A stretch of 64,000 bases of DNA from Azolla caroliniana (GCA_043228905.1 JBHGNT010000006.1:18662001-18726000), one strand, 5' to 3'. Positions 1 to 12,670 are shown, counted from the first letter of the stretch. Translations and numbers: made by a program. Notes: generated by a model not told the origin, from the letters alone.

Positions 1-7
1 AAAAGAA

Positions 8-1177
8 ATGAAGCTTAGAAGGGAGACAAAACCGAGGCGAATGGTGATCGAGGGAGAAAAAGTGTTTGAGTCTGAAGAGATTGAGGAGGTAGCCATGACA
101 AACAACATCGAGTCGGAGGTGGCTATGGACGAGTCGACAACGGATAGCCATGTCAAGACTTTCTCCACGATTGTTCCAGAGACTTCGGCGGTTGCACCCA
201 TGTGCCAACGTGAGACCGGAGAGACGGAAGGTGGTGACGGGAAGACAAAGGCCCAACACAAAGAGGAAGAAGATCGAGGAAGAAAGGATATCCCCACACC
301 TATTCTAGAGACTTCGGCGGTTGTGCACGTGCGCCAACGTGAGACCGAAGAGACAGAATGTGTGGACAAAAAAGAGGACGACCGGAAGGGCGATGAAGAA
401 GACAAGGTAAATGTAAATGAACGAAGGGATTCCTTCACACTGGTTCCGGAGACTTCGGCAGTCGAGACCGTGTGTCGACATAAGACCGAAGATAAAGGAG
501 GTGGCGAAGAGGAGACAATATGGCTCGAGGCGAGCATACACGGAGGGAAGGATATGGCCGACGTGGAGGCCAAGGATGAAGCTGCGGTTGAGTTCGATGG
601 AGATGTTGCATGCGGGAAGGAAGGAAGAGTCGAGAACCGGTTGAACCGGAAGACGATCCGGCCGGGATTCCGACCCGAACGAAGGAAGATCCACATGGGA
701 GCCGATCGACCGGGGCCGACCCGGCCGAAACCTGATTCGGCGAAAATCGATCGAACGATTCCGATCCAAAAGGGGGCCGACCCAGCCAGAATCAATCGAT
801 CGAGCCCGACTCGGGGAAATGTGAATGCAGACGAAGGCCAACCAAGCCAAGAAGCGATCGGTGGAGACCAATCCGGACAAGGGCAAACCCGGCCTAATCG
901 GAGATCGACACGAACGATCTACAATACCCAGTTGAAGACGGTGAGCGTGAGGAGTGGCCAGGAGTCCAATCGAAGGACACGCGCGGTGGACGAAGGAAGA
1001 GCGGTCGTATCGACGACATCGTTCGGTAGATCTACTACAACCGATCGGGGAAGAAGGTGTGAGCGCCGGATATGGTGGATCGGGTGGCTACGGTGGTTCG
1101 GTTGGAAAGATTGTGCATACTCGAAGTGGAAGACAAAGTCAGACGAGGTCGACGAGCGTGCAGAGGAACTCGGTTGA
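8..1177 (+). CDS. 3' part of the repeat-rich ORF of non-autonomous gypsy-related element A (PETSAV repeats, Trp/Arg-rich tail)
   Basis: 389-aa ORF with four (P/L)ETSAV repeats and RRIWWIGWLRWFGW..YSKWK, homologous to ORFs at 28666-30130 and 42153-46361; lies directly upstream of a PPT and LTR; element continues beyond the window start. Confidence 0.7.
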   Translation: MKLRRETKPRRMVIEGEKVFESEEIEEVAMTNNIESEVAMDESTTDSHVKTFSTIVPETSAVAPMCQRETGETEGGDGKTKAQHKEEEDRGRKDIPTPILETSAVVHVRQRETEETECVDKKEDDRKGDEEDKVNVNERRDSFTLVPETSAVETVCRHKTEDKGGGEEETIWLEASIHGGKDMADVEAKDEAAVEFDGDVACGKEGRVENRLNRKTIRPGFRPERRKIHMGADRPGPTRPKPDSAKIDRTIPIQKGADPARINRSSPTRGNVNADEGQPSQEAIGGDQSGQGQTRPNRRSTRTIYNTQLKTVSVRSGQESNRRTRAVDEGRAVVSTTSFGRSTTTDRGRRCERRIWWIGWLRWFGWKDCAYSKWKTKSDEVDERAEELG

Positions 1178-1253
1178 TCACCGTTGCCAAAGATCTCACC
1201 TCTTCACCTTTCTCGGCACATACCGGAGGATGTGCGGGTTTGGTGGGGGTGGA

Positions 1254-1746
1254 TGTCGTGACGATTTTCGGCTACGGTGTGAAACCGAGTGAGACGAATA
1301 AACCAATGATGTGCAACATTGCACATACACTTAGCAAATAAGCCTCCTAAGGCTTAGTGGCACTTGAGTTCATACAGAGGGGTGCAAGCAAGGATTGAAC
1401 CTTGCACCTCTAAGATACAAGATAATTGCCTTACCACTAGGACAACTATCATATAGTGTAGATTTTATGTATTTCCTTTTCATATACAAATTATAGACGA
1501 AACAACCATAGAAAACCATGTGCACAAAACCATGGTTTTAAACCCATGGTTTGTGCATGACATAAGCAAAACCGTGTGCACAAAACCATGGTGTTAGCCC
1601 ATGGTTATGTGCATGTCACGAGCATGGAAAGACCTATAAAAGCCTCTAGTTGGGCTTGTGTAAGGGGGGCTCAATATGTGATATCACCAACACCATTACC
1701 CCGGTGGTCGCTCGAGTAGCACACGCACGCGCGAATCTTCGCGACA
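1254..1746 (+). mobile_element. 3' LTR of element A (493 bp)
   Basis: Starts TGTCGTGACGATT, ends AATCTTCGCGACA (inverted termini); preceded by G-rich PPT GGTGGGGGTGGA; TATA-like CCTATAAAAG at ~1633. Confidence 0.85.
1381..1448 (-). ncRNA. tRNA-like Pol III A/B-box module within LTR A
   Basis: Minus strand reads TCCTAGTGGTAAGG...GAGGTGCAAGGTTCAATCCTTGC: A box/D-arm plus T-arm GCAAGG-TTCAAT-CCTTGC; acceptor and anticodon stems do not pair. Confidence 0.65.
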
Positions 1747-1920
1747 CCGTTGATTGTACTAGTCCTCCCGATCATCGTCATACCGATCGTACTCATCGTT
1801 TGCTCTATATTGGTCGTCGTGGTACTGGTCACGATCGTCTGATCTTTTGCGATTGTCGTGGCGGTACCGGTCATCGTGGCGACGGTAGTCGTCGTCGCGG
1901 CGCTGGCGACAAGTTAAAGA
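1747..1920 (-). pseudogene. Arg/Asp-rich retroelement fragment (host of element A insertion)
   Basis: Translates as RRDDDYRRHDDRYRHD..., similar to the RD-rich gag tail at 62199-62618. Confidence 0.4.
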
Positions 1921-1923
1921 AGT

Positions 1924-2382
1924 TGTCACATACACACTAACCATGGACTACGACAGAGCCTGGATGATGGGGCTAAGAGTGTGGAACTTAAGAAGTTGGG
2001 AATGACACAAGAGCATGAAGATAGAGATGAAAGAGACAAGATGGAATGCAACAAGAATACTAGATTGATGTGTCAATGACTAGCATTGATTCCCTTGAAA
2101 GGGACCAAGGAGGTTACAAGTATTTATACAAGTTCCGAGATTCAATATCTCTAGGATATACTCGAGAAATATCTCTAGAATATACCATACAATATTTCTA
2201 GAATATATTAATGACTAGAATATTCTAATTCTGAAATGTACTATACGATAGACTATAGAATACTAAACTACTATATACAAATGCATGCTCATATCAAAAT
2301 GGTTGAGCATGACATCTTGTTGATGTGCAATTGTAGGTTCAATACTCACCAAGTATGTATTTCATGTCACTATGTTGTGACA
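1924..2382 (-). mobile_element. Probable solo LTR (459 bp)
   Basis: TGTCACA...TGTGACA termini; flanks GAAGT/GAAGG (4/5 match TSD); TATAAATA on minus strand at ~2121; degenerate tRNA-like A/B boxes at ~2290-2354 on plus strand. Confidence 0.6.
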
Positions 2383-2397
2383 GAAGGTCCATATTAG

Positions 2398-2823
2398 TAA
2401 CAGTCAACAATTTGGTTTGATTTGAACCGAACCATGAAACCACAGTTTAACGGTTTAAACAATTCGGTTTCAACAGTTAGAAACTAAGGTTTAATGGGGT
2501 TTTTTTGTTTTGTTTTTTTATTTTTATTTTTAATTTAAAATTTCTAAAAATTATTTTTTAACTATCTTTTCATTTTCAAGCCTTATTCTCACATTTTAGG
2601 AAAATCTTTAAATTTTTAAATTTTTAAATTTTAAATTTTGAACTTTGACCTAAGAAACCAAACCGTGAAACCACGGTTTTAACGATTTGAAATTTTTTTA
2701 ACGATTCGGTTTAACTATTTCATGATTCAAATCGGTGCGATTCAAGTTTCAAAAATTTTAAACAGTTCAATTTCAAACCGGTTCGGTTTTGACACTCTCA
2801 AACCGAACCATTGTCGATTGTTA
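2398..2823. mobile_element. hAT-like MITE
   Basis: Imperfect TIRs TAACAGTCAACAAT / ATTGTCGATTGTTA; many subterminal AACCG/CGGTT motifs; flanks CATATTAG/AATATCAG (6/8) fit a decayed 8-bp TSD. Confidence 0.6.
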
Positions 2824-5343
2824 AATATCAGCCCATACTTCATGCAATAAAGTGAGATCATAAAATATGTGTGTTTCTTGGACACACGAATCCTTATATA
2901 TGGAATGTCTATGATATTAAAATATTCATGTTTACCTTTTTTATTGTTTGAACTAAGGAGATTACAAAAAATTCACCATCAAGCTTTCCAACAATCTTGC
3001 TAACACATTAGACCAACCTAAAATAACCTATAGCAAGATCGAAGGGAGCCTTTGCGTGTTGCAACACATCGGTCGCTTGACCTAAGCTATACAATAATTA
3101 AATGTTCATTGTTCCAATGTTGTTTGTATGATCGAATGACCAACTCTTTCTAAAGTTTTGAACTACGGCCACCTTCTCAAAGAGTGGACGTAAACATTTG
3201 AAGTCTATAACTTCAATTGGGCAAGGCAATAATATTATTTTCACCCCTTGGCTGTGGAAAGTAAATTTGTGTAGACATTTTTTCCAAGTTAATTGCTAGT
3301 GCGTGTGATCTCAACCTATTAGTGTATGTCATGACCTCAAAGCATACGCTTTAACTCAAAACCATCATTTAAGCATATACACTTTAGTTTTAGATAATTT
3401 AGTAAGGTAAAACCTTGTGATGGCATAATAACCTCAACGCATAAGCTTTACCTACGTACCATCATTTTAGCTAATATATTTATGCTTTAGAGAAACCCAA
3501 TAATTAGGTAATAATTTCTGGTATAGTCTTTTATAAAGGCAATGCTTTCACATGTGCACTTTAGCACTTGATGTCTTATCTACTTAAATCCTGAAGAGTA
3601 CTTGAAGAGTACGCCTCCAACCAAAAGACTTCCAAATTGATGTCTCCTTGACACCCTTAGCCACTTTATTTGAACTTGCATATTTATCTAGCCAAAAAGA
3701 GTCTAAATCCATAGGTCCAAAAATCATGCATGATCATACTTGTTAATGTGAGAAAATAAAAACGGCATTGAATTGTCAACACACAATTTCATTGGTCATG
3801 TGATATCACAAAAAAGAATGAGTTGCACAAATATCACAAAACTACATTAATAGATATAGCAATCAACAAAATAAAGTAGTGTGATGTGTCCTAGCCACTC
3901 CATTTGGTCCCATTCCCTAATCCATTAGCAACCCCACCCACGCAAGCTGCATCACTTTATAACAACATATGTCTTTGTCAAGAAAAAAGATTGGTTCTTT
4001 AGAAGTCTCTAGAACATCCCTATCATTATTCAACTTTTACTCATTGAGTAAATGATCCTAACTCTATAGTGGGACCAAGGTGGTAGTTTTGCATGAGATC
4101 AACCTCAAATTACGATGAGTTTTTATAATTGAACAAATTTTCAAACTCATTGTTAGAATTTGAAACTTGCAACTTCAATTGCAAAGCACAAAAATTGTAT
4201 CGCAACAACATCATGGTTCAATATGTGTTTGTTTTTCTTTATCATATTTGTAAGTGAGTGGAGTCCATCATGGAAATTAATAATGGCGCAATAGGAAGAG
4301 CATCAAATTTACATTGTTCTCGAGTGAGTGGAGTGCTTTCTTTTTTTATCAATTTTTCCTCAAAAATAATAGAAGGCAAGGACTATGTGATATTGAAGAG
4401 TTGCAAGGCTCTTCAATTCAAACACGTTAGAAACTGCGAGACTTTCCTTTCGAAAATCATGGTCGGGTTCGCCCTTGGTTGACTATGTAAACGGCGTGCC
4501 GAAGTGGTGCTACACCACGCTTGAATTGCTATATTCGTCCTGGTAGCCCAACCAAGGAGGTACATGGTATTTTTCTGAAATTTTGTAGGTGACAAGATGA
4601 TCAACACAAATGAAGATTACAATATCTTTTTGTTGTTCGTGATCAGTATCGTTTTTAGAGGAGTTCAATGATAAATAGGGAGGAGTGTACCAGATAGGGT
4701 AATGTGGTAGATAGAACTATTGAGTGTCTATGATTACATTACTGGTGTGCATGTCAGATTGTAAAAACATTTTACCTAACTAATGGGAATCACCCTTTGG
4801 AAAAAAAAATTACCTTGTTCTTCGGTGAGTGGGCTGCTTTCTTTTTTATCAATTTTCCTCAAAAATAATAAAAGGGATGGAGCATGTGGTACTTATTTGT
4901 GCGTTCTTACGCAACGATTTGCTTGTAGTTTAGAAACTTCTACCTTTTGAAGAGGATCAACTCAACTCTCTCTACCGCTCGTCACTATTCGACCTCAGGT
5001 TCATAAATGTGAAGAGAGAGTGAATCTAGGGCTTGGACGACCCTGAACTGTTCTTGGGAATCTCGGATGATCAGGGCCGTCCAAGCACAGAAAAAAAGAT
5101 AAAGCAAAAAAAAAGAGAAAGACCTCGAAGAAAGTAAAAAAAGTAGAAAAATAGAAAAAGAAGAAGAAGAGAGAGAAAACTTTTTGGGGGAAATTCAAAA
5201 TTGTGTGTGAAAATCCCCTCTCTCTCTATGGTTTTCTATTTTTATTTCTCTATTTCCCTTGCATTTCTCTGCATTTTCTTTTCTCTATTTTTATTTTTCT
5301 CTTTCCCTTCCCTTTCTTTGCGTTTTCTTTCTCTGAGTTGAAA

Positions 5344-5593
5344 CTCTTTCTCATGTTCAAATCCCTTTCTCTCTTTCCCTCCCCCAAATCAGAGTTGAAA
5401 CAAGCAAAAGAATGCAGCTCTTTCTATATGCATATAGGGCACTTGAAATCTCTTTCTCATGTTCAAATCCCTTTCTCTCTTTCCCTCCCCCAAATCAGAG
5501 TTGAAACAAGCAAAAGAATGCTGCTCTTTCTATATGCATATAGGGCACTTGAAATCTCTTTCTCATGTTCAAATCCCTTTCTCTCTTTCCCTC
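5344..5593 (+). repeat. 106-bp tandem repeat (~2.3 copies) in MULE subterminal region
   Basis: CTCTTTCTCATGTTCAAATCCC recurs at 5344, 5450 and 5556. Confidence 0.85.
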
Positions 5594-6520
5594 ACTTAAC
5601 CGCCCATCTTCATGATGCTTCCCATCCTCATCGATACCCCCTAAATAACCTTGGAATAGAGACCACTCTACCCATGAGCTCCCTTAGCTCATTGAGGAAA
5701 CGAAGATGCATCGACACATCCTTGTTTTAATGAGGAAGCCGTGACTGACTGTTCTGAGTTGATGAGCTATTTTGGTTGTATTGTTGTTCAACAACATCTC
5801 GTATGTCTCTTGCGTTCTAACAAGAACAGGGCTAACCTCTGTTAGTCTTTGTATTTTATTAACTTAGCGCAGTTAATCAAAGCTCTGTTTGAAGACGACA
5901 CAAGAGAAAACATGGTTCTCTCCTGACTCCAGTTCCCAACTATATGATTGGCAGATCTGTTCTATAGAGGTGTTCTGTAGACCTGCATATCTGGCTAAAT
6001 CTATTTCTATTGGATGTGAAGAGGTTTTGAGCTGCCATGTGATACATCATTGAAAACATTCTTGCATGAGTATACCAATAATGAGTACCTACATACCTAG
6101 CATTTTGTTTTGATTATGTAAGCGCCCATCTTGAGTACCCTTGCATAAAGATCTCCCAAATACATTGGACACCAATCACCATGGTCACAATAGGGTCTGC
6201 TTTCATATATGCTCAAATAATATCATGGGGCATTGATGTATCGCTCCTTATCATGAAGGCAACCATTCCCCTATATTGTCTAGTTATGTATCCTATGAAG
6301 GCTCGGTCCCCAAATTTCTATTCAATAGAAAGAGTCGGTGTTACAATTGTAAGCAAACAAACATAATTCAGTTCATGGTTCTTGGAATGGGAGATGTGCT
6401 CAGTTGTCATCTAAGGACACCAAAAGCAGCATACCATGAGAATGTCAAGCATAGGCAGCTTCCATGCTCTCATATATTTTTTCAAAGAACAAGCATACCT
6501 CTGCTTTAAATTTAGCCAAC

Positions 6521-6557
<37 letters not shown>

Positions 6558-7587
6558 GGAACCCAGGTTGACATCATTAGCACTTCCTAAAGCAACATGG
6601 ATGCAAAAGGAATTTGTTTTGCTTTGCCACAATTACAATAATGAGCTCTCACAAATTTCCTTCCTATGCAAGAGTCCTATGCAAGAGTTATAATGCAATC
6701 AAAATTCAAACTGTGTTAGGGTGCTGCAAATTTGTTGATTGTTTCAAGGCCCTTCACCTGTTGATAAAGGTTCACCCTTACAACACTATAATTTCTGAAG
6801 GTTGAACAATAGAAAGAGTCCTTTATCATCCCTTTGTGTCTTAACATCATTACCATACATTTCATACAGATGATTGGTTGCTTCAAATGGATCTCCAAAG
6901 AACAACCTCAAACAAGAGTTCAAACATTAAATAATCACTATCAAAAAAGCATCCTTCCGAGCTTCACATATATAACATAGACATTAATAAGACTTAATGA
7001 TGCATATTACGTAGCTCTCCAATGAATCGATGCATGAAATTTAAAACTTTAACAAATTGTGTGCCTACCAAAGAGATCATTTCAGGAATTAGACAAGACC
7101 ATACTACATATATCTCACGCAATGCATCATTGCATAAAACCATACATGACCACACAACATAAATATATTCAAAAGTGAAGATACAAAGTGAAGAAAGTTT
7201 ACGCAAATATGTCATTAACGCATGAAACCATTACATAACACTCAATACACAATATTCGAGTTTGAGTATTTACAAAAATTGTAATTGAAGATACAATATG
7301 GCAGATTGTGTATTTATTGAAGTTGAGACTGAAGATACACTATTCAGAGTTTGTGTATTTACAATATAATCCAAAATTTAAATTGTCGATAAATATCCGA
7401 GTTGGAAAAAGGCATCCAAATTTTCTCATGCCCATGAACCTACAAAAGGCACCAAACAAGGTTACCAGTCAACAATGTACAAATACGAAAGCTGCAAATG
7501 AGAAACAATATAGATTTAGGAATGAGAATCAAACCTGGCAAAACTGAATCACACCATAGTCTGAACAGATCTGTTTAAACAATAAAG

Positions 7588-8259
7588 CTATGTAGCAAGA
7601 ATTCTAACTTTAGAAGCATAAATATTAGTGGTAGATACTCCATTGCTATTTGTTATTGTGAACCATCGTTCTCCCCCATTATCTGGGTAATGAACATCAA
7701 CAATCATAGCACTTGTTATGCACTCTGCCCCATCATCAATCAATATACATTTTCCCTTCAAAGCTTTCATAGCGATCGAAATGTCACCATGATTATGATT
7801 TAACGGCAACATGCTATCACAATGATTGCAATGTGATGTTTGATTTTTATCTAATATTAGGACCAAAGAATTACAATGCATACATCGAACCTTCATACGT
7901 CTCGGTAGACGAACTCGCTTTCGACATCCTTGTATGCCCCATCCATGCCTTCTTGTACCTTTATCCTTATTGTTAGGAGCTACCCCGATATCTTCGAAAG
8001 CTACTACATTGCTAACAATGGGCCTTTTGTTGCCATAGGGGTTTTCAATAACATTTTGTTGCAAACCTCTAATACTCTCATTTTGAGGCAGATCTTTCAT
8101 CAAAGGAGAAATATCAGACCTCATTTGCTGACAAAATGCAAGCATTCTTTCATTCCAAACATTAACATCCTCTTTAGACATAGAATGTAGACACTCTTCA
8201 AAATTCCTTATTGCATAAGAGGTAGAACAATGTGATGGACTTCTATTTAAGTCGAACAT
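7588..8259 (-). CDS. MULE-borne 223-aa protein of unknown function (EAR-like DLNxxP, basic patch, C2-C2 zinc ribbon)
   Basis: Uninterrupted ORF in AT-rich DNA; MFDLNRSP start; RKRVRLPRR; CMHC-x13-CNHC; plausible 5'UTR intron 8797-8271 (CAG|GTATGT ... TTTAG|G). Confidence 0.55.
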   Translation of the reverse strand: MFDLNRSPSHCSTSYAIRNFEECLHSMSKEDVNVWNERMLAFCQQMRSDISPLMKDLPQNESIRGLQQNVIENPYGNKRPIVSNVVAFEDIGVAPNNKDKGTRRHGWGIQGCRKRVRLPRRMKVRCMHCNSLVLILDKNQTSHCNHCDSMLPLNHNHGDISIAMKALKGKCILIDDGAECITSAMIVDVHYPDNGGERWFTITNSNGVSTTNIYASKVRILAT

Positions 8260-8522
8260 CGTTCATGCCCCTAAACACACATAATATTCAAGTTTGACAT
8301 TAAAGATTGAAACCACGAAAATAAAAGCAAGAGTAAGTATGCAAACAAAATTTGGTAAAAGGGAATATAAGTGCATGTTTTACTCAATATCTTTCTAGTA
8401 TGTGCTCATAGTGCTCATTTCTCCTATCTCTCTTTACCAATTTTCTGTTTCCCTCTTTATGTCTCAATATCATGTTTCATATATCACTTCTCCTATCTCA
8501 CTTTACCAAATTACTATTTCCC

Positions 8523-8703
8523 TTTTTATGTCTCAATATCATGAGATAATAATGAAAACATATAATGTTTGGTGACATAATAATGAAAATAGAGAAAAAA
8601 ATAGAAATCATTGTTCTATGATTTCTATTTTTTTCTCTGTTTTCATTATTATGTCACCAAACATTATATGTTTTCATTATCTCATGATATTGAGACATAA
8701 AAA
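8523..8703. repeat. Near-perfect inverted repeat (~86-bp stem, 6-nt loop)
   Basis: 8523-8611 is the reverse complement of 8618-8703 apart from a 3-nt indel and one mismatch. Confidence 0.9.
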
Positions 8704-10344
8704 TGTTCAAATGAAAAAACAGAAAAAACATAAATATGTATGAGGTAAAACAAAAGAAAATCATAGAAATAAAAAGAGAAAAGTTTCATTTACATACCTG
8801 TGATTCTTGCTTGCAAGTTGCGATAGAGAAGTGGTCGACGAGGAAAGAGAGAAGAAGACACAGAATATGTCGATTTTGAACCCTAAATGAAAAAACAGAA
8901 AAAAGCATAAATATGTATGGGGTAAAATAGAAATCCATCATGTTCATAAGTGGAGAAAAGTTTATTTGCACACCTGTGATTCTTGCTTGTGATAAAGAGA
9001 AGAAGACACAGAAATTAGGTTATTCTTGCGTATGATAAAGAAATCAGGGTGCTCGACGAGGAAACAGAGAAGAAGACACAAAAATTCACGATTTTGAATT
9101 TCCCCCAAATAGACCCCAAAATAGTTTTCTCTCTCTTACTTTTCATTTTTGTTTTTTAATGTTTTTTTGCTTTTTATTTTTTCTTATTTGTTTTTATTTG
9201 TTTTTATTTTTATTTGTGCTTGGACGGCCTTGATCATCCGAGATTCCCGAGATGAGTTCAAGGCCGTCCAAGCCCTAGATTCACTCCCTCTTCACATTTA
9301 TGAACCTGAGGTCGAATAGAAACGAGGCTCTCTACCCCTCCAGCATTATTCTATCCTTTGCTATAAATGCTTGAGTTTTTTGTTCGGTACTCTTCCATCA
9401 ATAGAACTACCCCGGTCCCCTGTTGTAACATTAATTCATGCACACCATTACAAATCTAGCTTTTCAATTTTACAATCAAAGTATCAAAGTCGATATTAAG
9501 CTTTTGGAACAGAACCAATGTGGTAATATTAAAACTAAATATCATTCAATCATGTGAGTTGAAGAATAATCTAATAATTTGATTCTTAATCAATATTTTG
9601 ATTGACTATGCATATCATTCACGTGAAGGGTGTACCATAAATGAGTTGAATATTTGTACATGAGTAACTATGTTATTCTAAAACATAATTGAAGGCACTA
9701 ATGTATACTTTGTTTGCACATCATAACTACATATAGTTGTTTATTAGGGAAAGATCTTGTAATTTTCTATTGGAAGGTGATTGGGATAACTAAACAAGTC
9801 CCTATGACAAAGAGTGAAATGCCTAGATTTTTCATTTGTTAATTTCTAAATCAAAGTCAAATTAAATCTTGAAAATGGACAGAGAACCCTTGACACGAGA
9901 GACTTGCTTGCTTGACTAATGATGCAAATTGAAGGAATGATTTGACATATATACTTTACAAAGCACATACATATTGTGCAACAAAATGCAAAAATGGTTA
10001 GTTCATGGATCAAGTAGACACATGCATAGTGGAGGCAAGTGGGTGGCAATGAGACAAAAACTTCTCTTATAAATAAATATAAATATGCAATCGTTTACAA
10101 AGTATGAATCATAACAAATGCATGTTTCTAAGGGAGTTCCACCAAACTTAACATATGTTCATAGTAACAAATATTTGTCCCCAAGTAGTTCACCAAACAA
10201 TACATGTTTCTTGATAATAGTCTTTCAAACTTTAGGCATTCTTCATAAATAATTTGCCAAACCTCCAAATGTCTCAAGGTTTGTAGATTGAACCATTCGA
10301 CAAATCCCACTTGCATGCACTAATTAATGTCTGACAAACATGAT

Positions 10345-12670
10345 TCATGGAAAATAAATGTATAATTGATAATGTTTTGACCTTTTGGGAGGCAATTGCC
10401 TTGGAAAAGAAAACCAATCAACATATTGCATGTCTCATGCTTGACTTCGAGAAGGCATATGATAGAGTACAATGGCCTTTTTTAGACAAAGTCATGGAGA
10501 GGTTGGGACTACCCTCAAAATGGAAATCCGTTGTGTTGGCCCTTTACAAAGGAAGCATGAGTAGGGTGTTGGTGTTAGGGCATCCGGGCCCACCAATTCC
10601 ATTATGCAGGTCTGTCAAGCAGGGGTGCTCGTTGCCCCCCTACCTTTATTTATTTATTTCAAAGGCATTCTCTTTCTTTTTAAACGGATCGGATGTAGGA
10701 ATAAGGGTATTAGTTGTCCCACATGTGTGCAAGGATTTGTTGGACTCAACATATGCAGATGACACTATGCTCTATTTGCAAGGGAATGATGCTAATTTGC
10801 AGCAGGCTGAAAGACGGATTGAGCTGTTTTGTAAAGCATCAAGAGGGAAAATTAATTGGAACAAAAGTAGAGGGTTCTAGGTAAGTCAAACCCATGGCCG
10901 CTTTGGTGCCCTAATGTTGCAATTCAATGGGTCCCCAATGGAATGGCTATTAAATATTTGGGCTTTTTGGTGGGAGTTGAGATTCAGAAAAATCAGCAGC
11001 TTGAGCAAGTGAAAGACAAAATTAGAAAAAAGCTTCGGTTATGGGCATCAGTATTTCCCTTGCAGGTAGAGTGGTTGTGGTAAACCACATTTTGTTGGCC
11101 ACCATGTGGCACTCATTGGCATGTTGGATGTGAGACGAATCTTGCATCAAAAACATTAAGGCAATGGTGAGAGGGTTCCTTTGGTCGGGTAGAGACCATG
11201 AGACAGTGTCAACTAAAGTGGCGCGGAGCTGTTTCAGATGTTAGGGTACAATGTTAGTTCAGTAAGAGACTGGGAGGTTTTCAACATGAAGAGGAAGGGA
11301 GGGTCAGGCTAGTAGTACTTTGTTTACTAGCAGGTTGGAAAAGGTGACTTAGTTGATAGATAAGGTCGTTGATGGTCTAGCTAGGTTGAATGACAAAGAG
11401 GGGGTCTGGTTTGGGTGGTTTGTAGGTGAGGGTGATGCACAAATTATTCGTGGCAGGTGCCCATATAATGAGTATCGTTTATGGGGAAACCTAAGTGCTT
11501 TGACAGACAATTGCCAGTGGTTGGCAATGCAGGTGGCAGTGTTGGAAGGTAAGAAGTGACAAGTAAACCTGGACCTCGGGAAGTTGGAAATTGATTGTAA
11601 ACTTTGGATATTTGACAACAAGCCCTTATGTGATTTGGAGTGGGATCCACTAGAGGTATGGTGGCAGAAACCAAGAACGAACAAACGAGAAGGGTTTTTC
11701 GAGTATAGTACTAAGCTAGGAAGGCAAATCATTGGCTCCAAATCAATGGGCGTTGCTCAAACTTGCAATAGATGGAGGGATAAGGGCATATCTAATGAAT
11801 TGTTGAAGTCATTTTGGAGGAGGCTATGGGTGTTCGATATGCCAGAAAAAATAAAGCTTTGGTTGTGGATTCTTAGCCATAAGGCGGTACCTGTGGGGGA
11901 GTGACTGAGGTGTCGTGGTGGGGAGGTTGGTTGCAAGATATGCGGACACTCTTTGGAATTGATTCCTCACTGTTATTGGAATTGCATAGAGGCAATTAAC
12001 ATTTGGGGTAGAAGTCTTAGGATCATGGCAACATGCGGTGTGAATGGGAGAGTTGTATGGGGGTCCTTCCGATGGTCATGGATTTACAGTGCATGGTGGC
12101 AATGTGTTTCAATGAGTTGGAGCTCGACCTAGCACAAACTCTGAATATTTTGAGGAGATATGGATGATGGTGGCTTGCTTAATAGTCTGGCACATTTGGA
12201 CCAAGCATTGTAAGTTTGTTTTTCAACAGCACAAGCTCCCAAGCAATGAGGTGTTGTTAAACATCTTGTTCAACCTGGTATCTTAGATCCGGGGATAACA
12301 CGATTCGATTCAAGGGGAATCCGATGAAGCAAAAAGAGATAGGTCAAAGTTTCTACTTAAACGGGGCAGTTCTCCTATGGTGGTCAGATCATCATCAGGG
12401 CCTAAATGGAACTACCAAGCACCTAGATGGTTGTTTCCGCCAATGGCTTCCATTAGTGACCAAGAGTTGTAAATATGTATAGTTGTGTTACAAGGTAGTT
12501 ACCATGTTAAAAGAGTTGATGGGATACTTTTGTTGTAAATGAGGGGGTGGGGACTATGATCACTTTGGTGAGAAGAACAGAGTGAGTTTTGCTGAAATTT
12601 GTTTGCCTTTGATGTACTTTGTTTGCTAACTAATGCAAAGTAGTGTGTTTTTTGGAATGGAAAAAAAAAC
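10345..12670 (+). mobile_element. 5'-truncated, degenerate L1-clade LINE (ORF2 RT and C-terminal zinc finger)
   Basis: LDFEKAYDRVQW, SVKQGCSL, YADD, INWNKS motifs; later FWRRLW..PEKIKLWLW and CKIC..H; stops and frameshifts; A-tail at ~12661. Confidence 0.85.

Larger units (their letters stand above)
4977..9327. mobile_element. Non-autonomous Mutator-like element (MULE/Pack-MULE-like), 4.35 kb
   Basis: Long TIRs (over 120 bp; CTATTCGACCTCAGGTTCATAAATGTGAAGAG... mirrored at ~9215-9319); perfect 9-bp TSD CTCTCTACC at 4968-4976 and 9328-9336; no DDE transposase recognised. Confidence 0.88.

Noticed and set aside
4318-4890. ~70-bp dispersed duplication at ~4320 and ~4825
   Set aside because: Short and diverged; no termini or TSD to define an element
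5203-5730. 175-aa ORF in the MULE
   Set aside because: Produced by pyrimidine-rich low complexity and the 106-bp tandem repeat
6523-6553. Microsatellites ((GA)n here and at ~16265 and ~40698; (TATTG)n at ~17891; (AATCTC)n at ~22420)
   Set aside because: Ordinary simple repeats
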